DNA of 64,000 nucleotides, taken from assembly GCF_028641065.1 (NCBI RefSeq), contig NC_073393.1, forward strand, positions 38,688,001 through 38,752,000, written 5' to 3'. The stretch comes from Leucoraja erinacea (taxonomy: Eukaryota). Position numbers and translations under genes: made by a program. Positions 37,191-49,352 of the stretch are shown one piece after another (within the stretch, counting starts at the first letter, position 1; each line of letters starts with the position of its first letter). Below the pieces are notes generated by a model. The model was not told where the DNA came from. It made no database searches and was given only the letters and a program-made list of their open reading frames with translations.

Positions 37191-40100
37191 TATACTTAAT
37201 TTTTTTTTACTGCTTTGGGGATTACTATATCTTAATCGGAGTCACTGCTGATATGTCCTAAACCCATCCTGCATGAAAGTCAACACTTTGGATGATCTTT
37301 GAATGACTGCCTAACATGTGAGTTCTATATGGAAGCCAGTAATTATTTTCAAACTCTATAATCCACTATCATTCCTTGATATTACATTTTACTGACTCCT
37401 GACTAATCTGGAAAAGATTTTGTAGCTCAATTTCCATCTCAATTTCTCTCCAGTTCATAACCTGTCTTTGCAGTTGTAACAACCTTGTTGCTTTTGCAGG
37501 CTGTGCACGTGCAGCAGATATGTTGATAAATGTTCTTATGCTTATGCAGGGTCATACATTTCCACGAAGAATCCTCTTTCAGGACCAAATCTTGAAAATA
37601 TGTACACTTTTTTGACCACTATAAATGCAAGAGTTTTTTTCTATGATGTTAATGAGAATAGGAGATGAATCTTAAACCTACATGACTCCCACTAACAACT
37701 GGGAGGTGACATCACTTTATTTCTATTTTAATTCCAGTTCAAAATGCCAATGGTGTGTTTGTATTCAAGGAATCAGTTTATCATGGCTAGATTTTTTTCA
37801 TTGTGCAGATGGTGTTTTAAAGATTAGAGAACATATGAGGGTAAATGTAAGTAAGTTTATTTCCACTTGTGGAAGTAGTTTAAATCCATTCCCATGCTTA
37901 GTTTCTGCCAAACTAATACTGTGATGCATGAAATTTGAGGTCTTGGATTTGCAAAGTTTCGGCTAGTAAATCGTAACTGTATAACTAACTGATTAGAGAA
38001 ATACAATGTGGTAAGGAGACCTCACAGAATGAAATTCGAGCTCTGAAAACATTGTTTTCTTTTCTACCTTCTTCTTGCCTTTTACATTCTATTAATGTGT
38101 AATGTCATCTCGAGCCCATTCCTTGCTGGGTGGTGAATCTTTTGTTATCTCCTTATCGTTTTGAAATAATGTGACTCTTGTATGTTCAAGGGGGAACACG
38201 AATAACCAGTTAGATTCACGCGAGTCAGATAAATCATTTTAGCAGGTTTCTTCCACATTAAGAAGCGGCTGAACCAAACAAAAAATGAAGCAAGTGCTGA
38301 GTGAATATATTTTTAGAGCTACAGACAGGGTAGTTAGTGATTGGGAAGAACGGTTAAACCTACATTTAAAAACCATTGGGAGAAACTTGCTATAATTTTA
38401 AATGCCTACACTCTTGTTGCGGTGATAAATGAGTGAAAGGAAGCAAAACCTTGAGGCATTTGTAATTAATAACAGGTCAGCTGAGATCCATCACATGCAG
38501 CACATCAGTGAATAAGAAGTAATCAGAGATATCGACAGTCTCAGCTGTGGATAGACTTAGTTTCAAGGCATGGAATGAAAATTTCAGTTACAATAAATCT
38601 TGAAGGTTTTTATGTTGTTTAGTACAGAAGGTTTTCGGACGAATTTCTGTAGTGCTTCACAGTAAGGGAGAATTTGACAATCTAGGTGATTATCAACATT
38701 TGTACTTGGATGGCAGGAACCAACTGGCCAGGTTGGTGAATACAGCTGGCCAGGTATTTAAAACTCAGACTCTCAAGAATTGTTGGATTTTGGTTTGAAG
38801 TGGAATAACAGAAGGGAACATGTAACATTAACAGTTACAAAAAAAACCCCCATTCATTCTGCTCCATAGTTTAATCCCCAACCAACTGAGCACAAGTGAA
38901 AATTTCCAGCTCATCATTTCAAAAAAAAGGTGTTACGGTTATATTAGAGTGTGAAAACGATTTAATTAATGTGGAGATCAGTGTTTGAAACTGTTGAGAT
39001 CACCAGTAGAACTTGCTGGTGGCTTGCAGTTTGTATTTGCAAATATACAGGTGTACAAGATAAGTTATATTTCTTCTATATCTTAATTTATTAAAGTTTA
39101 AAATTTATATTTAATTTCTTTTGGGCATTACCTTTTTGGCTTGCAGCTCACTAGCAAAAATAAATGTGGGTATTCGTTACCAATAACGCTTTGCTAGCTG
39201 CTCATCATCATCTTCAACGCTGTAGATTGTATCTGAATAGGAATTGTAATGTTAAAAAGATTCTTCCCATTGTTTTGACCTTTCAATTAGACATGCAATT
39301 TTGAATTTTAAATTGGCTTCAATTATACTTTAAGTTTTACAAATGTTTTGTCTTCTAATGTAAGCCAAGTTCCAATACACAAGCATGTAAAAATAGTTAA
39401 AGTTATCCATTGGGGACTGGCCAATGATGATAAACGAGCTGTGGATTTCACTGAGGCAAGGCCACTGAGCTAATGTTGGTGTGATTTCCTCACTTACTCC
39501 GGCTCAGTAGTAATCCTCTGACTGCAGAGCTGTGAGATGCAGAGTCCACATTCTTCCATCAAGCAGCAAAAAAATGATTATAGAAATCTTATGCTAAACT
39601 GTAAAGCAAACCTTGTCTAATTTTCTAATATTTTTAATGTACTACAGTGCACATTTTCAAACTAGTTTTTTAGGAATTGTTTGTTGCTGTGTGAAGTTAG
39701 TGTGTACATTTGGACAATTTGTAAATAAAATTTTGATTGTTCAGCAACTCATCTGTTTCATTTTTATTACTTAATCCCGAGATATTTTAACTACAACTGT
39801 CCTAATTAAGCAAAGATTTTACTGCTTGGAAACGTGGATATTCTGACTTAATTGTCATTAGTGATAGGAGCAGAATTAGGCCATTCGTTCAGGGTGGGAG
39901 ATTGCAACCTTCATGTGGTCCGCTCTGTTTCGACAAATGCAATCAACCTGGTGTGCACAATCAAGTAAGGTCAAATAGAACAAGTTGTCCGACAACTTTA
40001 GGCTGTGCACGCCATACGCAAGAAGAAGAAGAAGGCCATTCGTTCCATCAAGTCCACTCTGCCATTCAATCATGGCTCATCTGTCTCTCCCTCCGAACCC

Positions 40101-40261
40101 CATTCTCCTGCCTTTGCCCTTTGCCTTGTCACTTATCATATTTGGCATTTCTGCTTCCTGTAAAGGCTCAAATTAAACCAAGATATTTGAATATGTGACT
40201 GCCATGATCCACTAGCAACCACATGCATTTGTAAAGCATCTATTAATAAAATGAAACATTA

Positions 40262-40319
40262 TGGGCCTGCACCACTTAGGCAATTTTTCAGGCGACTGCC
40301 GGCTACTTGCACGCGCATG

Positions 40320-40356
<37 letters not shown>

Positions 40357-41041
40357 CGCTTCCTTCACCAGCCCGTTATGCAGGCGGGGGACAGGGCAAG
40401 CGGGGGGAGCGTTGTTTGAGTGAAATTCACACGGTGCAAAGCCAATGTGATACAGACACACACCGCGATGAACAGGAAGGTTGGCGCTGTAATTAAGACG
40501 GTGAAAGCACAGTGTACGGGAAGGGTCACGTAAGTCCTTTTTAAAAGAGGGGGGGAGGAGAAGGAGTGGAAACACACGGCTGTGAAGCTCGGCGGACATT
40601 AACATTACCGGTCGGTTACTGCGTACGTTTTTTTTCCCCAATGAGCCAATGAAATTCACCAGTCAGCACTGGCTAGAACCTACGACAAACCTTTGACCAT
40701 CTGGCAACCTACTACCACTGCACCTACGGCACGAGAATTGGGCTCTGGCGACCGGAAGGTACAAATCTCCATGGCGGCTTCACCCATTCTGGTCGTCTCC
40801 CTTTCAAGGGAGATGCTAAAAAATTTCGTTTTACTGTACACGTGACAATAAATTGAAAAATTTTGCGGCGATTCTGGTCGCTGCTAATGTTTCCTTGAAA
40901 ATTTGCGGCGACCTTAAATGAGGCCGCAACTAGTTCCCAGAATGCGGGAACTCCTCACGACCATGAGGGCGACTACCCGGCAACCACCCGCAGACACGTG
41001 ACTGCATAGTCTCCTGCAGTTGCCTAAGTGGGACAGGCCCA
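40262..41041. mobile_element. PIF/Harbinger-like non-autonomous DNA transposon
   Basis: TIRs TGGGCCTGcaCCACTTAGGCAA and TTGCCTAAGTGGGACAGGCCCA. TTA TSD at 40259-40261 and 41042-41044. Confidence 0.8.
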
Positions 41042-42211
41042 TTACAAGGCTTTTCAAACATTTTTTGAAAAATAATGCTCAGTCACAAAGTGCACTGTCT
41101 TTAAGGAGGAAAGCAAAGTGTGGGGGAAGTAAATCCAGAAGTAAGGATACGAACTGAGAACTAAGTCTATTACTGTGGGGTTGACAGCTGAAGGCATCAC
41201 CAGCCCAGGGAGAGCATGTCAGGTTAAGAAATCCCAAGTGGTCAGTTTTCCAAACATTTGGATGGTTGGAGGAGAATACAGGGTTGTGGAGGATTGATGC
41301 TGTGGGTGAATTTTAAAACTAAGTTGGGAGTTTTAAATTTCAGGCTTTGCTCAACAGGAAGTGGAAGGAAGATAAATGAATCTAACTTGAGACTGTAAAG
41401 GAAAACAATGGAAATTCCGACTAAATTAGGCAGCATCTATGGAGAAAGAAATGCAATTAATGCTTTATGTCAGTAACTTTCCATCAGAACAGACTGCAGG
41501 GTTGTGGATAATCAAGTCGCTGGGAACCACGGCTTATTACTTGTTATCATGGTGCATGGAGGCCATGAGCTGGCTCATTCCCTTCCCCCATTCAGATCTA
41601 CAGAACCTTCATTCTCAGCAATTCCTCTGTGGTTCTTTTGCAATTTACAATTCAAAGGGGTGATTTACATTCCAATTAACCCACCAGCAGCACGTGAGAT
41701 GATAAAAGTATGAATAAGGGATTCAAAAACAAGAGCACAGTTGGACAATATTACAGAGCCAAATTTCTTTAGTCAGGGGGTGGTGAATCTGAAATTAATT
41801 GCCACAGAAGGTTATGGAGGCCAAGTCAATGGATATTTTTCAGGCAGAGATAGATTCTTGATTACTCCGGGTGTTAGGGGATAAGTCAGGAGAATGAGGT
41901 TGAGAGGGGAAAGATGGATCAGCCACGATTGAATGGCGGAGTAGACGATGGCCTGAATTTCCTATTTCTGTTCCTGTCGCTTATGAACATGAAATAAAGG
42001 CGTTTTTTGTGATTGCAAGTAGATGGCCAAAGCTCAACGTAGAATCAATGACAAGAATGCAAATGTGTTTTTGTCTCTGTCATTGTCAGGCAAGAGGGAT
42101 GCACTTGTTGGTGATGGAATGGAGCCAACTGAGGAATGCAATTGTGGTCGTCCCAATATTTGAGGGAACCCTTTCTTATGCAGTATTAAATTGCCGTATG
42201 TACATGTTGAG

Positions 42212-42850
42212 ATCAAGTCAAGTCAGTTTTATTCGTCACATGCACATAACGTGCAGTGAAATGAATTTGCCAGCAGCGGTACAATAAGAAAAGAACACAC
42301 AATACACAATAAAAATTTAACACGAACATCCACCACAGCATTCATCACAAAATTTGGTCAGTCCTCCTCCATTTTCCCCCGTGGTCGGGACCACAACCCT
42401 CCACAGTCGCTGCTGCGGGCGTCCAGATGTGCAGACAAGGTAAGTCCAGAATCGGCGCCTCCCCACCGGAGACCGCGGCTTCCAGATGGTGTAGGCCGCA
42501 GGCCGGCGGTTGAAGATTTAAAGCTCCTCCCGCGCTGCAGCCAGAAGCACCGCAGACCGCAGGGCCGGCGGTCGGAGCTCCTCTCCAGGGATCCCCGGCA
42601 AGGGATCCCCGGCTCCGGACCCTGCGCCAACTGGAGCTCCGCAAACCCCGGCTTCAGGCTGCCACGGGCCAGCGAACGGAGCACCCAGGTGAGGGCTCGC
42701 CCGCTCCGCGACAAAAGAGCCCTCGCTGTGCCCGCTGCTGAAGCCCCGGGCGCATCTCCGGGAAAGGCCGCACTGATCCTCTATGTTAGGCCATGAGGGA
42801 GACGCCATGGAAAAAGTCGCCTCGCTGTGGAGGAGAGAATCCAAGAGGCA
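42212..42850 (-). mobile_element. GC-rich non-autonomous retroelement with a (ttgac)n LINE-type tail
   Basis: tcaagtcaagtcagttttattcgtcacat tail (reverse complement of gtgacgaataaaac..ttgacttga). A related shorter copy lies at about 45250-45470. Confidence 0.5.
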
Positions 42851-42999
42851 TTGAGAGATGGTGATAGCCCTGATGCTATGCTGTAAATGCTGATATTTTT
42901 CACAGCCTTCATTGAAGGGCAAATGTGATGATGAGAAAAGGGAGGACTTCAGAGATAATGGTTTCGGAGTAGGAATAAAGAATCATTACATTTGTTTTT

Positions 43000-43278
43000 A
43001 GTTTTAGAGATACAGCGCGGAAACGGGCCCTTCGGCCCACCGAGTGCGTACCGACCAGCAACCCTCGCACATTAACACCATCCTACACACACTAGGGACA
43101 ACTTTACATTTTACCAAGCCAATTAGCCTACAAACCCGTACGTCTTTGGAGTGGGGGAGGAAACTGGAGATCTCGGAGAAAATGGGGTCATGGGGAGAAC
43201 GTACAAACATCATACAGACTAGCACCTGCAGTCAGGATCGAACCCGCATCCCTGGCGCCGAAACCGTGCCACCTCATG
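43000..43278 (-). mobile_element. Same SINE family
   Basis: Reverse complement match to 12259-12577. Confidence 0.8.
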
Positions 43279-43877
43279 CTTGAGTAACTCAGAGAGTCAC
43301 GGAACATCTCTGGCAAAAATTGATAGGTGACGTTTTGGGAGGTCGTGAGCCTTCAGGCTGATTGGGGGGGGGGGGGGGGGGGGGGGGGTTAGGACAAAGC
43401 TTAGCAAGTGATAGGTGCAGACAGCTGAGGTTTCACTTCATTGGCCAGACTTTGTCCTGCATCTCCTGTTTTTCTTCCCCCCCCCCCCCCACCACCACAG
43501 TCAGTCAGAAGAATCATAATTACGTACATAATATTTCAAAAACTAATTCAAAGTCAAAAGCAGAAGGGGTGGAATTGGAGTTTCTGAGACTGTACCCCTT
43601 GAATGGGGTAGGATGTGGGTGTGGGCCAAAGTCACTGTTACTTTAAAAACTCTTCATTGGAACAGAAGGATATAAACAAACAGAAACTCAACCAATCAAG
43701 ATAAAGTTAAGCTGACACTTGTCAAGGTTGTAAAAAGCTAAATTTGTTACATTCAATATTAGGTCCAGAAAGTTGTAAAATGTCTTGTCAGATGAGATAC
43801 TCTGCCCTGAGCTGACTATTCTAACTTCCATACTGCACTCAAATACAGCTGGACTATTTCTGACACTTCTACACCAA

Positions 43878-44335
43878 TTCTTGACCTCACTATCTCCATC
43901 GCAGGTGATAGACTTTTGACGGTCATCCACTATAAACCCACTGACTCCCATGGCTATCTAGACTACACTTCTTCCCACCCTGCTTACGCCGCATCTGCTC
44001 CCAGGATGAGGCGTTCCACACCAGGGCATCGAAAATGTCCTAATTCTTCAGGGAACGGGGGTTCCCCTCCCATACCATAGATCAGGCTCTCTTCAATACC
44101 CCACAACACTGCTCTCTCTCCCCATCCCCCCACTCGGAACAAGGGCAGAGTCCCCCTAGTCCTCACCTTCCACCGTCACACACAACAAATAGTCCTCCGT
44201 CAGTTTCGCCACCTCCAACGTAACCGCACCACTCGCCAAATCTCCCCATCCCCCCCCCATCCCCCCCCCCCCCCCCCCCCCCCCCCCGTCTGCTTTCCGC
44301 AAAGACCGCTCCCACCATAACTCCCTGGTCAATGC
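43878..44335 (+). mobile_element. Penelope-like element RT/linker fragment
   Basis: FLDLTISIAGDRLLTVIHYKPTDSHGYLDYTSSHPA, then LRRICSQD. An inverted terminal-repeat piece follows at 44340-44410. Confidence 0.85.
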
Positions 44336-44439
44336 TCCCTGGACAGGCAGCATCTCTGGAGAAAAGGAATAGGTGATATTTCGAGTTGAAACCCTTCTTC
44401 AGACTGAGTCAGGAGAAAGGGACCCTTCTCTGACACTAT

Positions 44440-44830
44440 TTGTCCATATGGACGCCTGACATAGGTGTCCGTGTTGTCTAGAAATTTCAGAGAGGAGATT
44501 CGAGCTAGGTGGATGGCATCTACTGCGGACTGGTAACCAAAGTGCAGTGGACCAAGGCTGGCTGGGAGGCTGGAGTTAATGAGTATCATCGCCATCTATC
44601 CAAACACTTCACAATGGTGGATGTCAGAGCCACAGGACAGCAGTCATTAAGGCACGCTAGCTTGCTTTTCGATAACACTGGGATGATGGTGGTCTTCTTG
44701 AAGCAGTGGGGTCCTCAGGATGGAGTAGTGAGAAATCAAAGATGTCTGTGAATACTCCTGCCAGCTGGTCTCAGCAAGTCCTGAGGGACTCTATCCAGGC
44801 CAGTTGCTGTCCATGGATTCACTCTCAGAC
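44440..44830 (-). mobile_element. Rex1/Babar-like LINE RT fragment
   Basis: Minus frames give CFKKTTIIPV..CLND..PVALTS and SAVDAI...LDNTDTYVR. Confidence 0.65.
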
Positions 44831-45961
44831 CTTAACATCAGCCACAGGGACTGGTGGTAAAGGCACACCTAAGAATAACAGGGCTGGATTACTGGGTGAG
44901 CAGCTGGACAAAGTTGTTGAGGCAGACATAAAAACAACATTTAAAAAACATTTGGACAGGTGCATGGATAGGAAATGTTTCAGTGGATATGAGTCAAACA
45001 CATGCAGGAATGAGCGTGGATAGACATCTTGGTTAGCATGTGTGTGTTAGGCCAACTGGCCTATTTCATCATTGGATGATGATCATTCTATGACTTTAAA
45101 TATCTCTCAGCACTTTATTTCGCTGTAGCTATCTTTAGCGGATCTATTTTTATTATTCGTATGCAAGTATCTACAAAATGATATGTAAAAGAAAACTAGT
45201 CAAAAGATATAAATATCTTCCAAAAGCATTGAAAATACATTTCATTCCATTCAAAGGTACAAAGGTTCATTTATTGTCACATACACCAATTGGTGCAGTG
45301 AAATTCCAGTTGCCTTTGCAGCACATTAATAAGAAGACAACATAACAATGTAAAGGAATTTAGCATTAAACATAAAAAACATCCCCCCACAATGGTTCCC
45401 ACTGTGAGGGAAGGCACAAAGTCCAGTCCCCATCCCCTTGTTCACCCATAGTCGGGCCTATTGAGGCTTCATGTAATTCCCTTTGTCATGTATCTGTACA
45501 CTTTAATGACTCGGTTGTAATCATGTAATCTGCTGACTAGTTAACGTGCAACAAAAGCTTCCCACTGTATCTCGGTACACGTGACGATAAACTAAACTAA
45601 ACCAATGAACAATTTAAAAATAAATATAAAATACGGAACAGAAAACAGAAAACATTCTCACCCAGAGAGTTGTGAATCTGTGGAATTCTCTGCCTCAGAA
45701 GGCATTCTCTGGATGCTTTCAAGAACGAGTTAGAGCTCTTAAAGATGGCGGAGTCAAGGGATATGGGGAGAAGGCAAGAACAAGGTACTAATTGTGATGA
45801 TGATCAGCCATGGTCATAGTGAATGGCAGTGCTGGCTCGAAGGGCCTCATGGCCTACTCCTGCACCTATTGTCTATTGAAGTGCTGGACTGGAACTGTAG
45901 CAGAGGTCAGATTCACCAGCATCTATGCAGGATGCTGTGTTTTGGGTCCCATCGGGACTCT

Positions 45962-46490
45962 TAGAAACATAAGAAACATAGAAATTAGGTGCAGGAGTAG
46001 GCCATTCGGCCCTTCGAGCCTGCACCGCCATTCAATATGATCATGGCTGATCATCCAACTCAGTATCCCGTACCTGCCTTCTCTCCATACCCCCTGATCC
46101 CCTTAGCCACAAGGGCCCATCTGCACTCCCTCTATGGCAATAATGTCCTTCTCTCCATTTGGAGACAAAACTGCAGTAGAACCTCTCCGCTCCTATACTC
46201 AAATCCTTATGCAATGAAAGCTAACATACCATTCGCTTTCTTTACTGCCTGCTGCACCTGCATGCCTACCTTCAATGACTGGTGTACCATGACACCCAGG
46301 TCTCGCTGCATCTCCCCCTTTCCCAATCGGCCACCATTTACATCTATAACTAACCCTCTTAAATATAGCCAATGAACTGGCCTCATTGTGAAAAGGAACT
46401 ACCCTGCCAGCCAGTTGTATCCACATCAATACTGCAGAGTTGCCAGAGATTCACCACACTCTCTGTCGTGAAAAAAGTTCTTCTCATCTC
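45962..46490 (-). mobile_element. Same young CR1 family, internally scrambled copy
   Basis: The tail is essentially identical to 51467-51615. An upstream LINE segment is intercalated at about 46121-46340. Confidence 0.8.
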
Positions 46491-47009
46491 GCTATCCCAT
46501 CTTTTAACTGAAGCAGGTAATTCCCCATTTTCTTTCCCCCCCTTAAAAATCTTCTTCAGACTGAATCTAAAGGATGAATAAACACTGAAAACTCTGCTGA
46601 TTTGTCATTTTGCACTATTATTGTTTGTTTTTGGTTTGTGTGTGTGTGTGTCTCTCTCTCTCTCTCTCTCTCTTTTCCACCTAAGATGCTGACTGACCCG
46701 TTGAGTTACTCCAGCTTAGAGATATATATATAAGATGGACATATATATATTTAATATTTATGTACTGTATTTGTGTACATATACACACACTGAACTTTTA
46801 TTTCTCCTTGATCATATTGTTTGCAGTGTACTATGTTTACATATTCAATTGCTCTGCTGCTAGTAGGGATTTCGTTGTTCTACCTGGGACACATGGCAAC
46901 AAAGCACCGAAGATAGACTGAAGTTTGACAGTCTGAAGAAGGGTCACCACAGATGCTGCCGGTCCCGCTGAGTTACTCCAGCATTTTGCGCCTGTCCTCG
47001 GTGTAAACC

Positions 47010-47495
47010 AGCACCTGCAGTTCCTTCCTACACATTCGTGACAATAAAGCACTCTTGACTCTCGGCACCTGTAATGCATGTGCAGCGTGCAGTGAGTGCT
47101 TCGCCCGCTGCAGTCCGTTATAGCAGGGTCCCGTTACCAACACCAAGTGCCGGGCTGTGGTTCTGAGATCCACCTGTTCTGCTGCAGGGACAGATGAGAG
47201 GGCGCAGATCGACAGGCGCTAGCTCCTCCTGGTGTGGAGGGCTGTGTGTGTGTAATTGGGCCGGCGTGAGGTCCATGTTCACAAGGTCTGACCGCTGGCA
47301 CCTGCTGCCCAGATAGTTTCCACATTGAGGAATGCGAGGGGCGGCCTCGCTGGACGCGTCCTGCTGATGCACTGGTTATTCCTGTCATTATTTTAATTTC
47401 CCCCGTCTTGAGACCTGAGCTGGGGCACCGCGGCTTTGGGAGCACACTTCATTCAGGCTGTGTGCTCCCGGTGGGAGAAGGGGGAATACACAGTC
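47010..47495 (+). promoter_or_regulatory. SNAI3 proximal promoter and 5' UTR, GC-rich, with a CACCTG E2-box cluster
   Basis: Elevated CpG upstream of the ATG; CACCTG at 47012, 47066, 47171 and 47299. Confidence 0.55.
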
Positions 47496-47571
47496 ATGCC
47501 CCGTTCCTTCCTGATCAAGAAACACTTCAGCACCAAGAAACCCAACTACAGTCAACTGGAGATCCAGAATG
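47496..47571 (+). CDS. SNAI3: Snail family repressor SNAI3 exon 1 (SNAG domain)
   Basis: MPRSFLIKKHFSTKKPNYSQLEIQN; G|GTAAGA donor. The paralog is assigned by synteny with RNF166 and CTU2. Confidence 0.92.
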
Positions 47572-48713
47572 GTAAGAACATCACTGTGATTTCTTTCACA
47601 TTGTTATTATTAGCTGTGCAAATAAACTGTATTTCTTTGACTTTTAAACATTTAGTTTGGAGTATAATGTACTTGTTCGCTTCTGTTGAGACAGAATGTT
47701 CTCATTAACTTTGTCAATTTCATGTAATTGCACTGCCTTGATATTGGCGCAGTGATGTGCGCGCTTTCCCCGTCACAATCGAAGAGTAAAAATTCTTCTA
47801 GGTAGAATCACTGAGTAAATAGTTTTCAGAGCGCGGTTTATTAGATAAAGGGCGATTCAGCAGGTGCATCGACTTGCATGCGGGTCCCCATTCTTATTCA
47901 CAGCATCGCCCTCCAGCACCAGGCTGGTATTCGTCTTAAATAAGCAACAAGCATGTTTGGGCTGCTTTCTGAAGTATTCTGTTTGCTGCACCCTACTAAA
48001 ACAAAAACCGCTTCACTGTAAAGCAAACTTCTTTCTTCAGAAGTCCCCCGTGTCGTTTATTTTTAGTGGCTTGTTTTCTGTTCCATACTAGACTTCCCAT
48101 TTTGGCTTGTGGGGACCACTCTGAGGTACGTTGGTCTCTTATTTTAAGTGAATCATTTCCTCTCGAATTTTTTTGCTAATTGCCCAGGGTTTTTACCTCA
48201 CAAAAGGGAAGGCAGCACAGCCTGGTTTTCGCATTGGGATAGATGAATTGCAAAGGGGAAGTGGTGGTGGTGGTGGTGGTGGAAGTGTGAATGACAAAGG
48301 GAGTTAACTGTTTGGTACAAAAATCAATGCATGCAAGCAACGAGTGGTGGATAGATCCATTCCTTTTGTAAAGATATTCGGGATTTGGATTCGGGATTTA
48401 AAGAGACTGACAAACAGCATTTGATTTGATCTTTCAATGGTCATCAATTTCCTCATGGGGAAAAGTGTTTAGTTTTAGCACAAAGAATTGTACTTCTGTA
48501 TTCTCTATTTTTACCTGTTAAAGAAGACTTTCACTACCATTCATTTAAAAATACTTCATTGCTGGGACTGGAAAACTTGTTTAAACACAATGATTAGGTG
48601 AAATAATATTATTTGATCTGGGTGTTAATTATGGGTAAGGCAATCCTTTTTCATGCTTCACCAGTTAGTATTTCTATCGACTTGCACGAGTTGAGACTCT
48701 GCTTTCTTTGCAG

Positions 48714-49352
48714 CCTCGGCTATTTTGCCATATCTATACGAGGGATTGACATTTCCACTGATGGCACCGCCTGAAGTTCTCGCCCCCATCAGTTGTGACC
48801 CACCAGCACTGTGGGACAGGGCTCCAATCAGTCTCCGAATGTGCCTGCCCCTGCCCCTGCCCCTGGATGCTGAGATTGGAACAGAAGCATCATTCAGCAG
48901 CCAGCCAGGCCTGCAGATCAGTGTGAAGGAATGCCTGGCTGTCAGGGACAGCAACACCCCACTAAGGAACACTGTGAATGACCTCAGCCTGTCCCTTTCC
49001 AAAAGAGCCAAGAGAAGGGAGACAAACAATGGCACATTTAAAGGAGACGGTGAAACCCAGGAGAAAACCCTTGAGGTTGAAAGTGCTGTTGAAGCAATCC
49101 TGGAGAGGTTTGAGTGTTTTCATTGTCACAAGGCATACAATACTTCATCTGGTCTTTCTAAACACAGACAGCTGCATTGTGAATCACAGACTACAAAATA
49201 TTTTAACTGCAAGTATTGTGATAAGGAATATGTCAGCCTGGGTGCATTGAAGATGCACATAAGGACTCACACTCTGCCCTGTGTCTGCAAAATCTGTGGC
49301 AAAGCCTTCTCGAGACCATGGCTCCTCCAGGGGCACATCAGAACACATACCG
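48714..49352 (+). CDS. SNAI3: SNAI3 exon 2 (639 bp; central region and zinc fingers 1-3)
   Basis: ttctttgcag| acceptor; ...[24 protein letters not shown]...[48 protein letters not shown]; G|GTAAGT donor. Confidence 0.94.

Larger units (their letters stand above)
32665..39750 (+). other. RNF166: Probable long RNF166 3' UTR with alternative poly(A) signals
   Basis: AT-rich and almost free of the repeats that fill the rest of the window. AATAAA at 34269, 34402, 34520, 38592, 39159 and 39724; the last has upstream TGTA motifs and a downstream T-rich tract. Confidence 0.55.

Noticed and set aside
42345-42922. GC-rich ORFs or possible CpG-island promoter
   Set aside because: Bounded by a LINE-type tail with a related copy nearby, so better explained as a repeat.
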